A stretch of DNA of 63,801 nucleotides, counting the filler, from Stramenopiles sp. TOSAG23-6 (Eukaryota): assembly GCA_900128565.1 (NCBI GenBank). It is 10 parts of 10 records of this genome, joined end to end, with 100 filler letters (N's around TTAATTAATTAA, not from the genome) between each part and the next. Parts side by side here need not be neighbours in the genome. Positions count along the whole stretch, not along the records: positions 19,459 to 29,055 come from LT636363.1; positions 29,156 to 38,720 come from LT636364.1; 8 more parts are not named here. The stretch is one strand, 5' to 3'. The translations under genes and the position numbers were made by a program. Below are positions 21,234 through 33,662 of the stretch, one piece after another. The notes below the pieces were generated by a model, which did not search any database, was not told the DNA's origin, and saw nothing but the letters and a program-made list of their open reading frames with translations. Numbering within the stretch: the stretch's first letter is position 1; the number at the start of each line of letters is the position of its first letter.

Positions 21234-22676
21234 TTAATATCTGTAGGTTGCAGGCTTATATGGACCTTGAACTGGAAGGTGAAGATAATCAGCTTGATCT
21301 TGGGTGAGTGTAGTTAACTCAGCCTGTAATTTAGAAAGATGAAGACGAGCAACTTCTTCGTCAAGTTCCTTTGGAAGGTTGTACACTTTACCTCGCTCAT
21401 ATTTTCCTTTACCTCCCTTGTGTTCCCAGAGTTCGATTTGGGCAAGAGTTTGATTAGTAAAAGAACAAGACATAACGAAAGATGGGTGACCAGTAGCACA
21501 TCCAAGATTTAAAAGACGACCTTCAGCAAGAACGATAATTCCGCGTCCGGTTGCTTCATCAACAATCCAACGATCAACCTGAGGCTTGATATTGTTACAT
21601 TTTGCTATTTTTCCAAGCCCAGCCATGTCAATTTCATTATCAAAGTGACCAATGTTTCCAACAATAGCATTGTTCTTCATCTTTGCCATATCAGAAGCCA
21701 TAATAATATCCTTGTTACCAGTACAAGTAATGAAAATGTCAGCAGTTTCAACGACAGATTCCAAACGGACAACTTGGAATCCCTCCATGCAAGCNTGAAG
21801 AGCACAGATCGGATCAACTTCAGTAACATACACGACGCAACCATTAGCCTTCATAGCCATAGCGCAACCCTTTCCTACATCACCATATCCGAGAATAACA
21901 GCGCGTTTTCCTGCAAGCATGACATCTGTCGCGCGCATGATTCCGTCAGGGAGACTGTGCTTACAACCGTAGAGGTTGTCAAACTTAGATTTAGTGACAC
22001 AATCATTAACGTTAATAGCTGGGAAGAGAAGGTCACCAGTTTCTGCCATACGGATAAGACGGTGAACACCAGTGGTGGTTTCCTCTGAGCAACCTTGACA
22101 GTTCTCAGCATAACGGTGCCATCGTTGAGGGTCTTTTGGCAACTCGCGAGCAAGAATGGACAAGACGACTTTCATTTCCTCGTTATCCGTGGTAGCTGGG
22201 TCTGGCATGGTTCCATCTTTAGCATATGCCTTTTCAGCTTTGACACCTTCGTGAATGAGCATGGTCATGTCACCACCATCGTCAACAATAATATCTGGGC
22301 CAAGAAACTTGCCATTGGCATCAGTCCAAGTACAAGCTCGGAGAGTGCACTCCCAGTACTCCTGGAGGGTCTCACCTTTCCAAGCAAAGACTGGAATTCC
22401 AGCAGCAGCAATAGCAGCAGCAGCGTGATCTTGGGTAGAGAAAATGTTACATGAGCACCATCGGATATCTCCCCCGAGTTTCTTAAGAGTTTCGATGAGG
22501 ACAGCGGTTTGGATGGTCATGTGGAGGGAACCAGAAACGCGAGCGCCCTTGAGTGGTTTGCTCTTTCCATACTTTTCAACACATGCCATAAGGCCAGGCA
22601 TCTCAACCTCAGAGAGTTTGATGTCCTTGCGACCGAAGTCAGCAAGGGTAATATCAGCAACTTTGTAATCAGACAT
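21234..22676 (-). CDS. AHCY: S-adenosyl-L-homocysteine hydrolase, with the ~40-aa insertion typical of plant/protist enzymes
   Basis: [70 protein letters not shown] and PYKPATYRY; intronless. Confidence 0.98.
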   Translation of the reverse strand: MSDYKVADITLADFGRKDIKLSEVEMPGLMACVEKYGKSKPLKGARVSGSLHMTIQTAVLIETLKKLGGDIRWCSCNIFSTQDHAAAAIAAAGIPVFAWKGETLQEYWECTLRACTWTDANGKFLGPDIIVDDGGDMTMLIHEGVKAEKAYAKDGTMPDPATTDNEEMKVVLSILARELPKDPQRWHRYAENCQGCSEETTTGVHRLIRMAETGDLLFPAINVNDCVTKSKFDNLYGCKHSLPDGIMRATDVMLAGKRAVILGYGDVGKGCAMAMKANGCVVYVTEVDPICALXACMEGFQVVRLESVVETADIFITCTGNKDIIMASDMAKMKNNAIVGNIGHFDNEIDMAGLGKIAKCNNIKPQVDRWIVDEATGRGIIVLAEGRLLNLGCATGHPSFVMSCSFTNQTLAQIELWEHKGGKGKYERGKVYNLPKELDEEVARLHLSKLQAELTTLTQDQADYLHLPVQGPYKPATYRY

Positions 22677-23030
22677 TTTCTGGGATGTGTATTGTGAAAA
22701 TGTGTTTCGATGAAAACGAAGAAGTTCGTGGTTCCACGAGTTTCAGCAAGGGAATATTCCCTTGGTTTCAGGGAAACACAATCAAAATTGCACTGAATCT
22801 ATTTTATTGAAATTTGATTTGATTTGAGATTTCGTGTTACACGCGAATCTCAAATCTAAATCGCGCTTCTTGGATACGATATATAGAAGATACTTTGAGG
22901 ACCTTTTACTACTACTAAGATAATATTATCTTGTATAGTTTGGGATTAACTACATGATGGTTTGCGACAACTCATCACGATATATCTAAGATCAAATTAT
23001 CCGATTATATTTCAAGAGAAAAATGATGAA

Positions 23031-26000
23031 ATGAGTGGTAAAAATTCTCAAAGTATATCCCGAAGCCAAAGCACTCGGCACGAAAAAGAGAGCACAGAGA
23101 ACTCGGACGATCAAGATCGACGAAAGGCTCGAAGTAGTCGAAAACCAAAACGTTATAAGCGTCTAAAACGTATTGGCAAAGGTAGTTTTGGTGCAGTAGA
23201 GCTTGTACAATCTAAAGATGGACAACTATTTGTTATGAAAGTAGTTCAAAATACGACAGAGAGTGTTCAAGGGAAAAAAAAAACGCAGGAAGCTCTAGCT
23301 GAAGCTCGGGTTTTGTCAAAATTAAACCACCCAAATATTGTAGAGTTTAAAGAAGCCTTTCTAACTGGTGGGGGCTCTAAGCTTTGCATTATTATGGCAT
23401 ATTGTGACTCTGGTGATCTCAGTCATCGCATAAAGAAAGCAAGACAACGCAAAATGTTATTTAAAGAGCAGACAGTTTTAGATTGGTTTATACAGATGGT
23501 TCTTGGAGTTCATTATTTACATAGTAATTATATTCTTCACCGTGATTTGAAACCGCAAAACATCTTTCTCACAGAAAACAATAAAGTTGTTAAACTTGGT
23601 GATTTTGGAGTGACACGTGTCTTAGAGCATACCATGGCTATGGCCCAGACTCAAGTTGGTACACCATATTATATGTCTCCTGAATTAGCGAAGAATAAAC
23701 CGTACAACCACAAGACAGATGTCTGGGCATTAGGTTGTATTCTACATGAAATATGTACACTTTCTGTACCCTTTCCGGCAAAGAGTTTTGCAGAACTTGT
23801 CATTAAGATTACTTGCAATGAACCTCTGCCAATACATAGAAAGTATTCAAGTAAAATTCGAAAATTAATCCGAGCAATGCTAATAAAAGACCCAGTTAAA
23901 AGAGCTGATATAACTCAGGTGATGAGATCACCCTATATTCAAAAATGTTTTAAATCTTTTGCATCAAGGTATGCACCGACATCGACCTCACCACGGAATA
24001 CGGAAGACAATAAATCTAATTTGTCCAAATCAAAAAGTGATCATAAATACAATAATAATAAAAAAAAAGATAATGTTCCGCCTAATAAAGTAATTCCTAA
24101 AAGTAATAAAGATGCCGGAAAATCTGGCTCAGTGAACTCGCCAGAAAAACAAAGGCATNGTACAAATAGAAAAAACATAAGAGATACAACAACAATGTTA
24201 AAAAATAATTATAAACAAAAAAATGTAAGTTCTAATCTTGAGAGTAAACGAGACAGGTTAGTACGAGAAAAGCAACATCAAACTGAAACAAGAATGGATG
24301 AAGAAGAATCTAATAGAAATAGTATTATAAAGAAAAAGAGACAGAAACGACGTAGACATAAAAAACATCCGCCAAATACAGATGATGTGGATGATGCTGG
24401 TAATACAAATAGAAAAAAAAGAGATTCGAGAAACAATGCACAATCATTAGATAAAGCAAAAATGCCAAATATATCTGATTTAAAAGTGGACACTGGGAAA
24501 ACTAATACAAAAGGAGGAGATGCAAATACGAATATGCCAGATGATTCGTACAACGAAGCAAAATATAATGGGAATGTAAACAACCATATGCAACCGATGA
24601 AAAACTTGGAAATATCAGATTCGAACAAAAATGGTATTAATAGAATAAATGAAGAAAGATATAACATAAGCTCAATTTTGCACGATAAGAAAATATTACA
24701 ACTTGGAAAAGACCTTGCTAGATCAATTGGGTATGATGGTGACGGAACTTCTACGGAAAGCAGCAATAATAAGCTGAAGAATAATCAAACTAGATCTCCT
24801 CAACGCTCAGCACAATTTCAGGATAATGTAAGAGTTGACACATCAACCGATGAATGTAATGATGAGATACCCACGATAAGCTCCCCCAAAATAAGGCCTT
24901 TACGTAAAAGTTATCAACAAAGTACACATAATATTAAACCAATACTACGATATACAGAGGGAAAAGTTACAAGTCCAAATAGATTTGAAGATAGTAAGTT
25001 TTCAAATTTTGAGGATAGTTTACAAAAGTCGCCGAATACACCAAGGCGACGTCCAAGGAGTGAAGGAAAAACTTCAGATTATTCTCAACATAGACGAGCA
25101 AAAAGTAGAGGAAGAGGTGGACGAGTTACTGGCCATCATGGTCTTATGTCACTTGGAAGAAGACGTTCACCACGCCAATCTAACTTAGAGAGCAAGCATA
25201 ATCGACAAAGAAAACATGATCAAGCAATTGCCGAGGCTAAAATGCAAAGTAAGTCGTTTTCCATGCATCGAGGCTATGAGCAATCCCCAGCTTTGCTTTC
25301 TATTGCGTCTCCTAGAACACGTGCCGCTGCTGCTGCAAGCCAATTGCGAAAGTCGTCCCCTCGCCCCAAGAGTAATTTGCCACGATCTCCCCGTTCTCCA
25401 AATATCATTAAACAATATAGAAATAGACTTCTCAAAAAGAACTTGGAATCTCCGAGACAACTTCAAGGGTCTAGTTTGTCAAGGAATTCCAATGAAGATT
25501 ATCATCGGTCAAATGATCCCAGAAAAGAAAGAAACATGTATAAAGAAAACTTCATCGCATCTAGAGAAAAAAAAACACGCGAAGAAAGAAAAAAACATGA
25601 GTCTCGCTTACGGGAGCAACTTGAACTTGACGCGCTACAACGCGAAGAAGACACGCAAGAGCGATGGTTGCGAAAGGAGCAAAATTTTCAAGATGAAGAA
25701 CTTTTCGTAAACTACAAAGAAGGACATTCAAAGCGAAAATCTACCGAACGAAATTACAAGAAAAAGAAAAGAGACTATAATAAACAAGTTGGGGGGGGTA
25801 ATAAGAAAAAACATCATAGCAAAGATGGCGAAAGGCCTTTTCAAGATTCAAATAGATTTGGGAAGAAACTTCTTCCAGTGAAAAGACCATTAAGAAAAAT
25901 AGAAGATGAACGTAGGGCGATTCATAACAGTAGTAGTAGACCTCACACAGCGGACACAAGTGAGTTAACTGATAGTCAATTAAGAACTTCATTAAGGGAT

Positions 26001-26228
26001 AGTTTAAAAGATTCTTTAGAAAATGGAAGACCGGTAACAACTTCTTCACTCATACGACCATCCGCATTTTTAGCAGGTCTTAATCAGATTGACCTAAAGA
26101 GATTAAGATTAGAAGAGAAACAAAACAATCGTCGTATGTTAGTACGAGAAAATAATAATGTACACACTGGGAACAGAAAAGTTTCACACGCTCGAGTTCG
26201 ATTAAAATCGTTACCTCAAAAATATTAA
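23031..26228 (+). CDS. NIMA-related (NEK) Ser/Thr kinase with a long disordered C-terminus
   Basis: GKGSFG, HRDLKPQNIFL, DFG, GTPYYMSPE and YNHKTDVWALG motifs; intronless. Confidence 0.9.
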   Translation: MSGKNSQSISRSQSTRHEKESTENSDDQDRRKARSSRKPKRYKRLKRIGKGSFGAVELVQSKDGQLFVMKVVQNTTESVQGKKKTQEALAEARVLSKLNHPNIVEFKEAFLTGGGSKLCIIMAYCDSGDLSHRIKKARQRKMLFKEQTVLDWFIQMVLGVHYLHSNYILHRDLKPQNIFLTENNKVVKLGDFGVTRVLEHTMAMAQTQVGTPYYMSPELAKNKPYNHKTDVWALGCILHEICTLSVPFPAKSFAELVIKITCNEPLPIHRKYSSKIRKLIRAMLIKDPVKRADITQVMRSPYIQKCFKSFASRYAPTSTSPRNTEDNKSNLSKSKSDHKYNNNKKKDNVPPNKVIPKSNKDAGKSGSVNSPEKQRHXTNRKNIRDTTTMLKNNYKQKNVSSNLESKRDRLVREKQHQTETRMDEEESNRNSIIKKKRQKRRRHKKHPPNTDDVDDAGNTNRKKRDSRNNAQSLDKAKMPNISDLKVDTGKTNTKGGDANTNMPDDSYNEAKYNGNVNNHMQPMKNLEISDSNKNGINRINEERYNISSILHDKKILQLGKDLARSIGYDGDGTSTESSNNKLKNNQTRSPQRSAQFQDNVRVDTSTDECNDEIPTISSPKIRPLRKSYQQSTHNIKPILRYTEGKVTSPNRFEDSKFSNFEDSLQKSPNTPRRRPRSEGKTSDYSQHRRAKSRGRGGRVTGHHGLMSLGRRRSPRQSNLESKHNRQRKHDQAIAEAKMQSKSFSMHRGYEQSPALLSIASPRTRAAAAASQLRKSSPRPKSNLPRSPRSPNIIKQYRNRLLKKNLESPRQLQGSSLSRNSNEDYHRSNDPRKERNMYKENFIASREKKTREERKKHESRLREQLELDALQREEDTQERWLRKEQNFQDEELFVNYKEGHSKRKSTERNYKKKKRDYNKQVGGGNKKKHHSKDGERPFQDSNRFGKKLLPVKRPLRKIEDERRAIHNSSSRPHTADTSELTDSQLRTSLRDSLKDSLENGRPVTTSSLIRPSAFLAGLNQIDLKRLRLEEKQNNRRMLVRENNNVHTGNRKVSHARVRLKSLPQKY

Positions 26229-26712
26229 GTTCTTGACAATTGTATTTATAAGTTTGAAGTATCTAAAGCATTGATTGTAAATAAGTTTAGTGGAGTATTT
26301 ATTTTCAAATAAAATATTTATGAGTCTCTCGTAGCTATTGGTACCTGTAGCATACTCAACTACAACGCAATCTTTCACTGTAGAGAAAAAAATAGGATTC
26401 ATAAAAATTTTTATGTATTAGCGTATACTCCTATTGCATTCTCTTCAGGACTCTTTATTATCAAATGAAAAATAGAAAACATTGCCAAGAAAAATATATG
26501 GAAAAACACGATGAAAATAACATCAAGAAAGAACAAATCAAAAAAATCAAAAATAATATGGATGGGAAATTGTCGGGTGTGAGGATGCATGAATAGTATA
26601 AAGATTTTCAAAGTAAGATTTTCGAGATTGTTATCATTTAAAGAGGGTGGGCCAATCTAGGCCAATAAAAGGTGAAAATTTTGTACTAAAAAAAAATGAT
26701 TTGTTTGTTTAC

Positions 26713-27864
26713 TTACCGTTCCATTTTATACTCCTCGATTAAATTCATAGAAGAGAGAGTCTTTTTGTCTGTGTTTGTGAGTACATCTGAATTTATCAAT
26801 CCTCTATGTTCAGAATTAAATATACCTCCATCAGTAGAAAAAAATTGCGAACAAAATACACAACATTGTACAGGTTTGTACCAGTGTGGGAACTTCCCAA
26901 ACTTAGGGTTAGGTCTGATTTCTACTCCCCAGGCGAGCCGAACATCCATGATTGCTTTATAAGTTACGACAAACGGAAGATTTATTTCAGCAAACTCTTT
27001 TTCACATAAAGCACAATATTTTTTCTTTTTACTCCGAGCAGTCATCTGTTCACGAAGTTTAGCCTGATCTTTTTGATTCCGTGCTTGTTCTCGTTTTTTT
27101 TCAATTAATGTTTCGTGACCGTGTCTTTCTGAAAAGTTTTCTCGCGCAACTTCAATCGATCTCTTGAGAGAACGCATTCTTATATCCATTGGTATCCAAC
27201 TTTCTTTACTTCGAATATTAAGCGCTTGATTTTGACTCATTATTTTCTGTTGGAGCAATGAATTTGAACTCAAGGGGACACGTGAAGTTGATGAAAGTAA
27301 CCTAGATATTCTCTCATCCTGAAGAATGGAAAGGTCAGCTTCAGCTCTTTCCTTAGCCTCAGTGCGACGGTTTTGTTTTGCTTTATGACCCCGATTTCTA
27401 CGATTTCTACGATTACTATTATCTGCAAGTAAATCTCTACCCGAGTCTAAGTCGACACCAAGAGCTAATAACTGTCTAGCTTTTTCTTCTTGTTGTTTAA
27501 CGCGCCGTTTTCGCATTTGTGTTGTTGGGCTTAGTGGATCTTCTTTGATATTTTTTTTCCTTGGGCTTTGACTCGACTGGCGACTGTTCCGTACACGTTT
27601 ATGAAGCATGTGTATCATACCTTCCATAATAGATATATCAGTGCCATGAAGACTTCGTAAGTTTGCGGATTTAATGTATTCGGTGATACCTAACTTGTGA
27701 GTCATTGAATACCAAGCATCAGTCCTCTCCTGTTCACTTGGCTTTGAACCCGATTGCCTTTTCTGTTCTGCGTCAAAAACTTCAAGCGTCTTTTCTAAAC
27801 CACAACGTTGTAAATATTCCCGTACTAGAGCTCCAGCATATAGGTGAGCCATTCGTCCTTCCAT
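26713..27864 (-). CDS. LisH/FOP-like N-terminus, coiled coil, C-terminal Cys-pair domain
   Basis: ALVREYLQRCGLEKTLEVFDAE (LisH-like); CALC...CVFC. Confidence 0.55.
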   Translation of the reverse strand: MEGRMAHLYAGALVREYLQRCGLEKTLEVFDAEQKRQSGSKPSEQERTDAWYSMTHKLGITEYIKSANLRSLHGTDISIMEGMIHMLHKRVRNSRQSSQSPRKKNIKEDPLSPTTQMRKRRVKQQEEKARQLLALGVDLDSGRDLLADNSNRRNRRNRGHKAKQNRRTEAKERAEADLSILQDERISRLLSSTSRVPLSSNSLLQQKIMSQNQALNIRSKESWIPMDIRMRSLKRSIEVARENFSERHGHETLIEKKREQARNQKDQAKLREQMTARSKKKKYCALCEKEFAEINLPFVVTYKAIMDVRLAWGVEIRPNPKFGKFPHWYKPVQCCVFCSQFFSTDGGIFNSEHRGLINSDVLTNTDKKTLSSMNLIEEYKMER

Positions 27865-28128
27865 ATTTAGAACTTTGCTAAGATGTGATAACAACAAGTA
27901 TGAAGTCAAAATTTGTAACGCTCTTTTTTTTTTTAGATTGACTTGCACCGATACCTGGTACCAAAATTTTGACACGATGTAACCGCTTACTAGGTACGGA
28001 AATTTGGTACAACAAGAACACAAATCTTCTCGGACACAGGTTGCCATAAGGCAAAATGATGTGTACCTCTGGTACCCTAACAAAGTTGTAACCTAATTGG
28101 TGCATGACTAAGTTGAAGCATTAATCCT

Positions 28129-28834
28129 ATGGAGGCTATAAAGAAGAAAGAAATACCAAAGAAGAATATGAAAGGTAAAAGTAAAACAGTTACTTGTGAA
28201 TGTTGCTACTTGCGTCACAAATCTTGTCACAGGACTGATAACAATTCCCCGTGCGATTTCTGCGTCAAAGTAAGTTTCGTCAAATTATTATTTGTATATC
28301 TTGTTTATCATAGCTTCGGCAACAGATCGCCATATTTTTGTTCATCATTTCTCATATATCCTTCCATGGTGCATAAGTAAATTAACCAACTTATAACTTT
28401 TATATTCACACATTCCACAGATGGGAACAAAGTGCATCCCTCACCTTGACCTTCGTAAAAGTAAATCGAAACGGGTTAAATCATCAGGCAAGATAGTAAT
28501 TGAAAAAGGTGATATTATAAACTTTATCCCTGAAACTATTCCTGCTTGTCCTGATTGGGATCAGCGAATTTACGAGCGTTCAGTTCAACTAGTAAAACTC
28601 GCACTCTTTGCAAGAGCAACTCTAGTGTACCTTGTAAAGTCAGGGCGGACCAAGTTAGATGAAGAGATTTATGATGTAGTATGTGATTTCAAAAAATATC
28701 TTCTAGATCAAAAACGACCGGATTTGCTGAGGCTCGTTGATTTAGGTTATCAAATTAAAAACCCTACAATTATTACAATGTTTAAAGATATATCAAATAT
28801 TCGAAATTCGTTAGGTACGAAAAAAAATCGTTAG
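28129..28834 (+). CDS. Zn(II)2Cys6 transcription factor; canonical GT-AG intron 28270-28420; 3' end may be chimeric
   Basis: Spliced TCECCYLRHKSCHRTDNNSPCDFCVK|MGTKCIP; intron GTAAGT...ccacAG is unrelated to the repeat family. Confidence 0.65.
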
Positions 28835-28889
28835 GTACAAAATTTCGTACGAAAAAAAAATCGAATTTGAAAAAAAAATAAAAACATAC

Positions 28890-28994
28890 AAAAGTCCAGA
28901 CATTTGTTTACAATGTTCTTCTCTTTTGTGCAGCTCAGCGCGTAACAATTCAACACGATATTCTTTTTTAGATACATTCTTAATTTGTGATTCT
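28890..28994 (-). CDS. Isolated internal coiled-coil exon between two family elements
   Basis: aatacAT|a gaa tca caa...gga ctt tt|GTATGT; open reading ESQIKNVSKKEYRVELLRAELHKREE. Confidence 0.45.
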
Positions 28995-29155
28995 ATGTAT
29001 TTTGGAAAAATATTTGAAAAAAATCGTTAGGTACAAAATTTCGTACGAAAAAAAANNNNNNNNNNNNNNNNNNNNNNNNNNNNNNNNNNNNNNNNNNNNT
29101 TAATTAATTAANNNNNNNNNNNNNNNNNNNNNNNNNNNNNNNNNNNNNNNNNNNN

Positions 29156-29461
29156 TGATATGATAATGGGAAAAAATTATATTCTTCATTACCAAATATC
29201 GAACGGGCTCTTTTTAAATTTTTATTAAGTACTTTATTTGAGTGTGATATAGTAAATTCGATATTTTTTAATATATGAAAATAGAAATATTGTAACAAAA
29301 AAAATTTAAAAAAAAAAAATTTAAAAAAAAAAAAAATTATAAACATTTGAAAATGATGAAAACGTACAACTTTTATCACCGATTTCGTGCATTTTTGGAA
29401 AATGATTCACTTTTTGATATTTTTGTAGACTTTGATACACGATATAATGTTTACTTGCAGC
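29156..29461 (-). CDS. Tubulin-tyrosine-ligase-like (TTLL) fragment; intron 29367-29232 (GT-AG)
   Basis: Spliced YQKVNHFPKMHEIGDKS|LLNKNLKRARSIFGNEEYNFFPLSY matches the TTLL NHFP...K..L..NL...YNFFP signature. Confidence 0.7.
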
Positions 29462-29557
29462 AAGTATTTTGAAACAATATTTCAAAAAAAAAATCTAAAA
29501 AATTTGTTAGGTACAAAATTTCGTACGAAAAAAAATTTAAAAAAAAATAAAACATAC

Positions 29558-32500
29558 ATGGTCGATATCTCATACAAACATTATTGAATGAAACTGAACC
29601 ATTTTGTGGCCAATTTTGTAATCTATTCAGATTATTATGGGTACTACAAGTAGTAGGATTGATGTTATCATTTGTCAACAACTTTTGATTCATACCTGAT
29701 TTTTCTGATGGTGACAGGCAGCGACGTTTGCGCAACAATGGATCGCTTGGAAATGTCCATTCTGGTTCCTGAGGGATTGCATCACTGGCATAACGAAGTA
29801 GTCTTTCCAATGATGTCAGGCAATTGTTTAGTTGATTGATTATAAAGCAGTAATGCAGTAAAAAATAAGGAATAAGATATGAATAGGTTAATGCTAATGC
29901 GGCACCCGAAGGATTAAATGATTGTCGCTGCATTACAATTATAATGGCTGTTCCGGATGATATGACGGTTGATAAACTGTAACTTGCGGTTTGAGCCCAA
30001 GCTGTTAAAGATAATAATAAAAAGTTTTCCTTATTCCAAGCATCGATGGCAAAATTGAATCTTTTGGAATAATGTATTATGAAAAAATATTTAAAAATCG
30101 ATTTTGTTAGGTACGAAATTTTTATAGTAAAACAAAGAAATTCAAAATTCAAAATTGAAATGAAAACGTACATACAACTCAAGATTCATTGCGCGAATAA
30201 CAACGCGACCACAAACAATTTCACCGAGTATTGATTGTATTGGACTCATTAAGTTATTCCGCTCTCTACCTACTTTACGAGCAGCTCTATTGACTAAAAT
30301 AGTCACATATCCAAAAGCACTGCCTGCAAGCAAAAGAATAGGTGCAATTAGTGGAACAAGAAAAATGACGAGGAAAATCAGCGCAAGTAAGACACATGTA
30401 AATTGCATAAAATTATCAAAGAAGCGCGGAACATTTAAATCGACCATGCTAATATCTGTTGAAAATCGAGATAAAATTCGCCCCGCTGGAGTCTCCTCAT
30501 ACCAACTCATTGGAGCATGTAAAATATTTTTAACACAAATATAATGTAACCTTCTACTACTATTAACTCCAGCGTCTGTAAATAGACTACTAGTGAGTAT
30601 TAGGCTTATCATATAACCTAATGTCAACGCTGCATATGTAAGAATATATGGAAGACTATCTTTAAGATCAATATGTCCTCCATTTTGTTCTTGTTTCTTC
30701 TCAGACCAATTAACCCAATAGGCCAAAAATCTATCGCTTCCAGCCATTAATCCATAGCAAATAGTACATACCAGAACAGCCAATGTCGTTCTAAAATATC
30801 CCATACCTTTTACGTATTGAAAAATAATATCTCTTTGAAATGATCCCTTTTCACGGTGTTGATTTTGGATGAGGCCCAAATGTTCTGTGTCACTTTGTGT
30901 ACAATCCTGCTCTTCTGACGGAGAATTATTTTGCACGGTTTGTGTAGCTCTACTTGATAATTTATCATCGGAACTTTTATCATTTTTCTTATTTTCGTCG
31001 TCTTCAAATGAAAATAATTTCGCAAAATTTTTATTTGATGCATAAAGATTCTTAAAAGAGTCAGTCCCCTCAATTACACCATCATTGATATATATGATTG
31101 AATCAAACTCATACTCTTTTAGTAGATGTAATTGATTCAGTACCATAATAGTGCAAGGTCGTGTTCGATGAACAAATTTAGGTTTGGGTTTACTTGAATC
31201 GATACTTTTTAATTGTGTAGGAGTTTTATGACTACACGCATCAATGCACTTACTATTTTGGTTCAACTTGATTTTGTCTTGAACTTTCGGAGATTCCTCT
31301 AAAATTTGATGTTCAAATATAGCATTTTTAAATATGTGTTGTGCTACACCTGAATCAACAGCGGCTAATGGATCATCAAGTATCAATAAATCTGGTTGAC
31401 TATATAATGCCCTGGCTAATGAAACACGTTGTTTCTGTCCACCACTCAAAGTTACACCGCGTTCTCCAATTTCGGTTTCTTCGAATTTCGGAAGTAATTT
31501 AATATCTTCTGTTAATGCACATGCAGAAATTATATTTTCATAATGTGATTTCTTCATTTCATGATTCATAAGAATATTTTCTTTTAAAGTTCCACTCATT
31601 ATAAAGGGTGTCTGAGGCACATATCCAATATTTATTCGATTAGAAATTGCTTTGCAGGATGAAACTATGGAAATATTTTGGATTGTATTCGTTTTCTGAG
31701 TATTTAGTGTCTCTGTTCTAACAATTTCTAATTCATCCAGAATAGCATTCAGAAAACATGTTTTCCCACAACCAACAGTACCCACAATGGCATATATTTT
31801 TCCTTTTTCAAAATTAATTTTCTTATGACAGAAAAGTGAGAAAGAATTTGTTGTGTATGAACCATCTGATGCACTTCTATTTTGACTCTCTTTAACATCA
31901 ATACAGTCTTTACTACCTGATGTAAACATTGAACTATTCATATCATTTATTGTAGCATTTGTATTATTTACCGACGACGGCCATTTGTATTTTCCAATAA
32001 TTGAAGCTACAATATTTTCCTTTCTTGCTTCATTCGTAAGTTTTGAATCTCGTAATACACCATGATGAATTCTATTTTGATTACTTGTGTATTGTACAGC
32101 TTTACTATTCTCATCTAAAAGAAGGAAATTTCTTACTCTGTCCATCGAAACCATAATTGTGGCAACATGTGTTACGCCTTCAGGAATTAAGATCAGAGGA
32201 AGCCGAAGAGACATAATCACATTTAGAGCTGCGAAAATATCAGCTGCATTCATTGCATTACCCATTAGCGAGTGATAAATAAAGCAAGTAGCGGCAGCGA
32301 TAGGTGGTGACGCCCGACCAAGTTGAACAATGTATTGTGAAAAAATACGCCAAGTTCGAAATTTGTTAGGTACAAAATTTGGTATAAAAACACAAATTAA
32401 AATTCATGATAAAAAAGGTACGTTGTCTGAAGATAAAGTCGGAATTTTTTAATATGCTGACATTCGTTTTCTCTCGCAACTGTCAACAGCTCAAAAAATG

Positions 32501-32563
32501 ACTCCTCCCAAGCACAAAATTTAATAGGCTTTATACCTTGAATAATTTGAGTCATAACACGTA
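29558..32563 (-). CDS. ABCC/MRP transporter, internal part (TMD1 end, NBD1, TMD2, start of NBD2); GT-AT introns 32421-32330 and 30171-30072
   Basis: [61 protein letters not shown] and [18 protein letters not shown]. Confidence 0.9.
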
Positions 32564-32653
32564 ATGTATTTTGGAAAAATATTTCCAAAAAAATCGTTAG
32601 GTACAAAATTTCGTACGAAAAAAAAATCAAATTTGAAAAAAACTAAAACATAC

Positions 32654-33331
32654 ACCCCAGTGAAGTCTTCTATCCATATATTTATGGTGATTTCTTTGTA
32701 CCATGATTGCACTCTTTTTAGTCTTTTTATAATTACTTTGAGCATTCCATTTACGAGTTTGTGTTTGTAACACAAGATTTGCCTTTTTCTTACGTTTATA
32801 TCGCTTTCTTTGTCTTACACCACGTGAGTTTGCTTGTATCAAAGTAGCTGCTTTTCCGTGCAATTTTCTATGAATAAAAGGCCGAGAATGTTTTTGGATA
32901 CACTTTGCCGCATTCTTTCGTCGCATTCGCTTTACTTTGCGATTTCTTTCCCTAGCTCTACGTCTCGCAAGATTAGCTTCGTGAGCGGCAAGCTTTCGTT
33001 TTTCTTCCTCATATTGAGCAGCTATTCTATCAGCTTTTCTTTGTTCTGCTTCAACGTGCATTTTTTGAAGATGTTTTACACGGGAGGCCGCGAAAAGTGT
33101 CGTATTACGATAGGGACCTACTCTTTCTAGTTCACTAGTAAAACCACCATGCCGGCCACTCTTTTCAAAGTCACGGGTACCAGCTGAAGCATCAAGAGAT
33201 GGACTTAAAGTTAACATTGTCCTAACAGAATTATTTGTAGTTATAAATTGTGACTCAAGACGCTTCGGTAACATATTTAATTTGTACAGTCGCTTTTGAG
33301 CCTTAAACTCATTGTACGTGTTGGCTGCCAT
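32654..33331 (-). CDS. IQ-motif coiled-coil protein, 5' exon
   Basis: AAKCIQKHSR, AATLIQANSRG, LQTQTR and SAIMVQRNHH IQ-like motifs; ends at a family 5' splice site. Confidence 0.6.
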
Positions 33332-33662
33332 GAAGAAACCTACCCCAAGAAGCTGGTATGTATTTTGATGACTGTCAACTTTAAAAGATGTAAAAGCTTC
33401 TGGAAATGCGTAACTCAAGACTTTTTAGTGTTATATGTGTCGAGCGTTACATTTTACATTTGTGTTTACCGTATAGTACCGGGTAACTCCATAAATGAAG
33501 AACGGAGAAGTTAATCTAAATCTCAAAAATCGTCAATTTGGTATTCAAAAAAACTTTTTCTTTTAGTCTAAATATTCCCTATTGACAATTTTTAAATTTA
33601 ATCAAATCAAATTTACAAGGATGCTACGTATAAATAGGTACTAGCTAGATAAATATTTTTCT

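Noticed and set aside
21645-22697. Overlapping + strand ORFs over SAHH
   Set aside because: Antisense openness is explained by codon bias of a conserved gene; no motifs.
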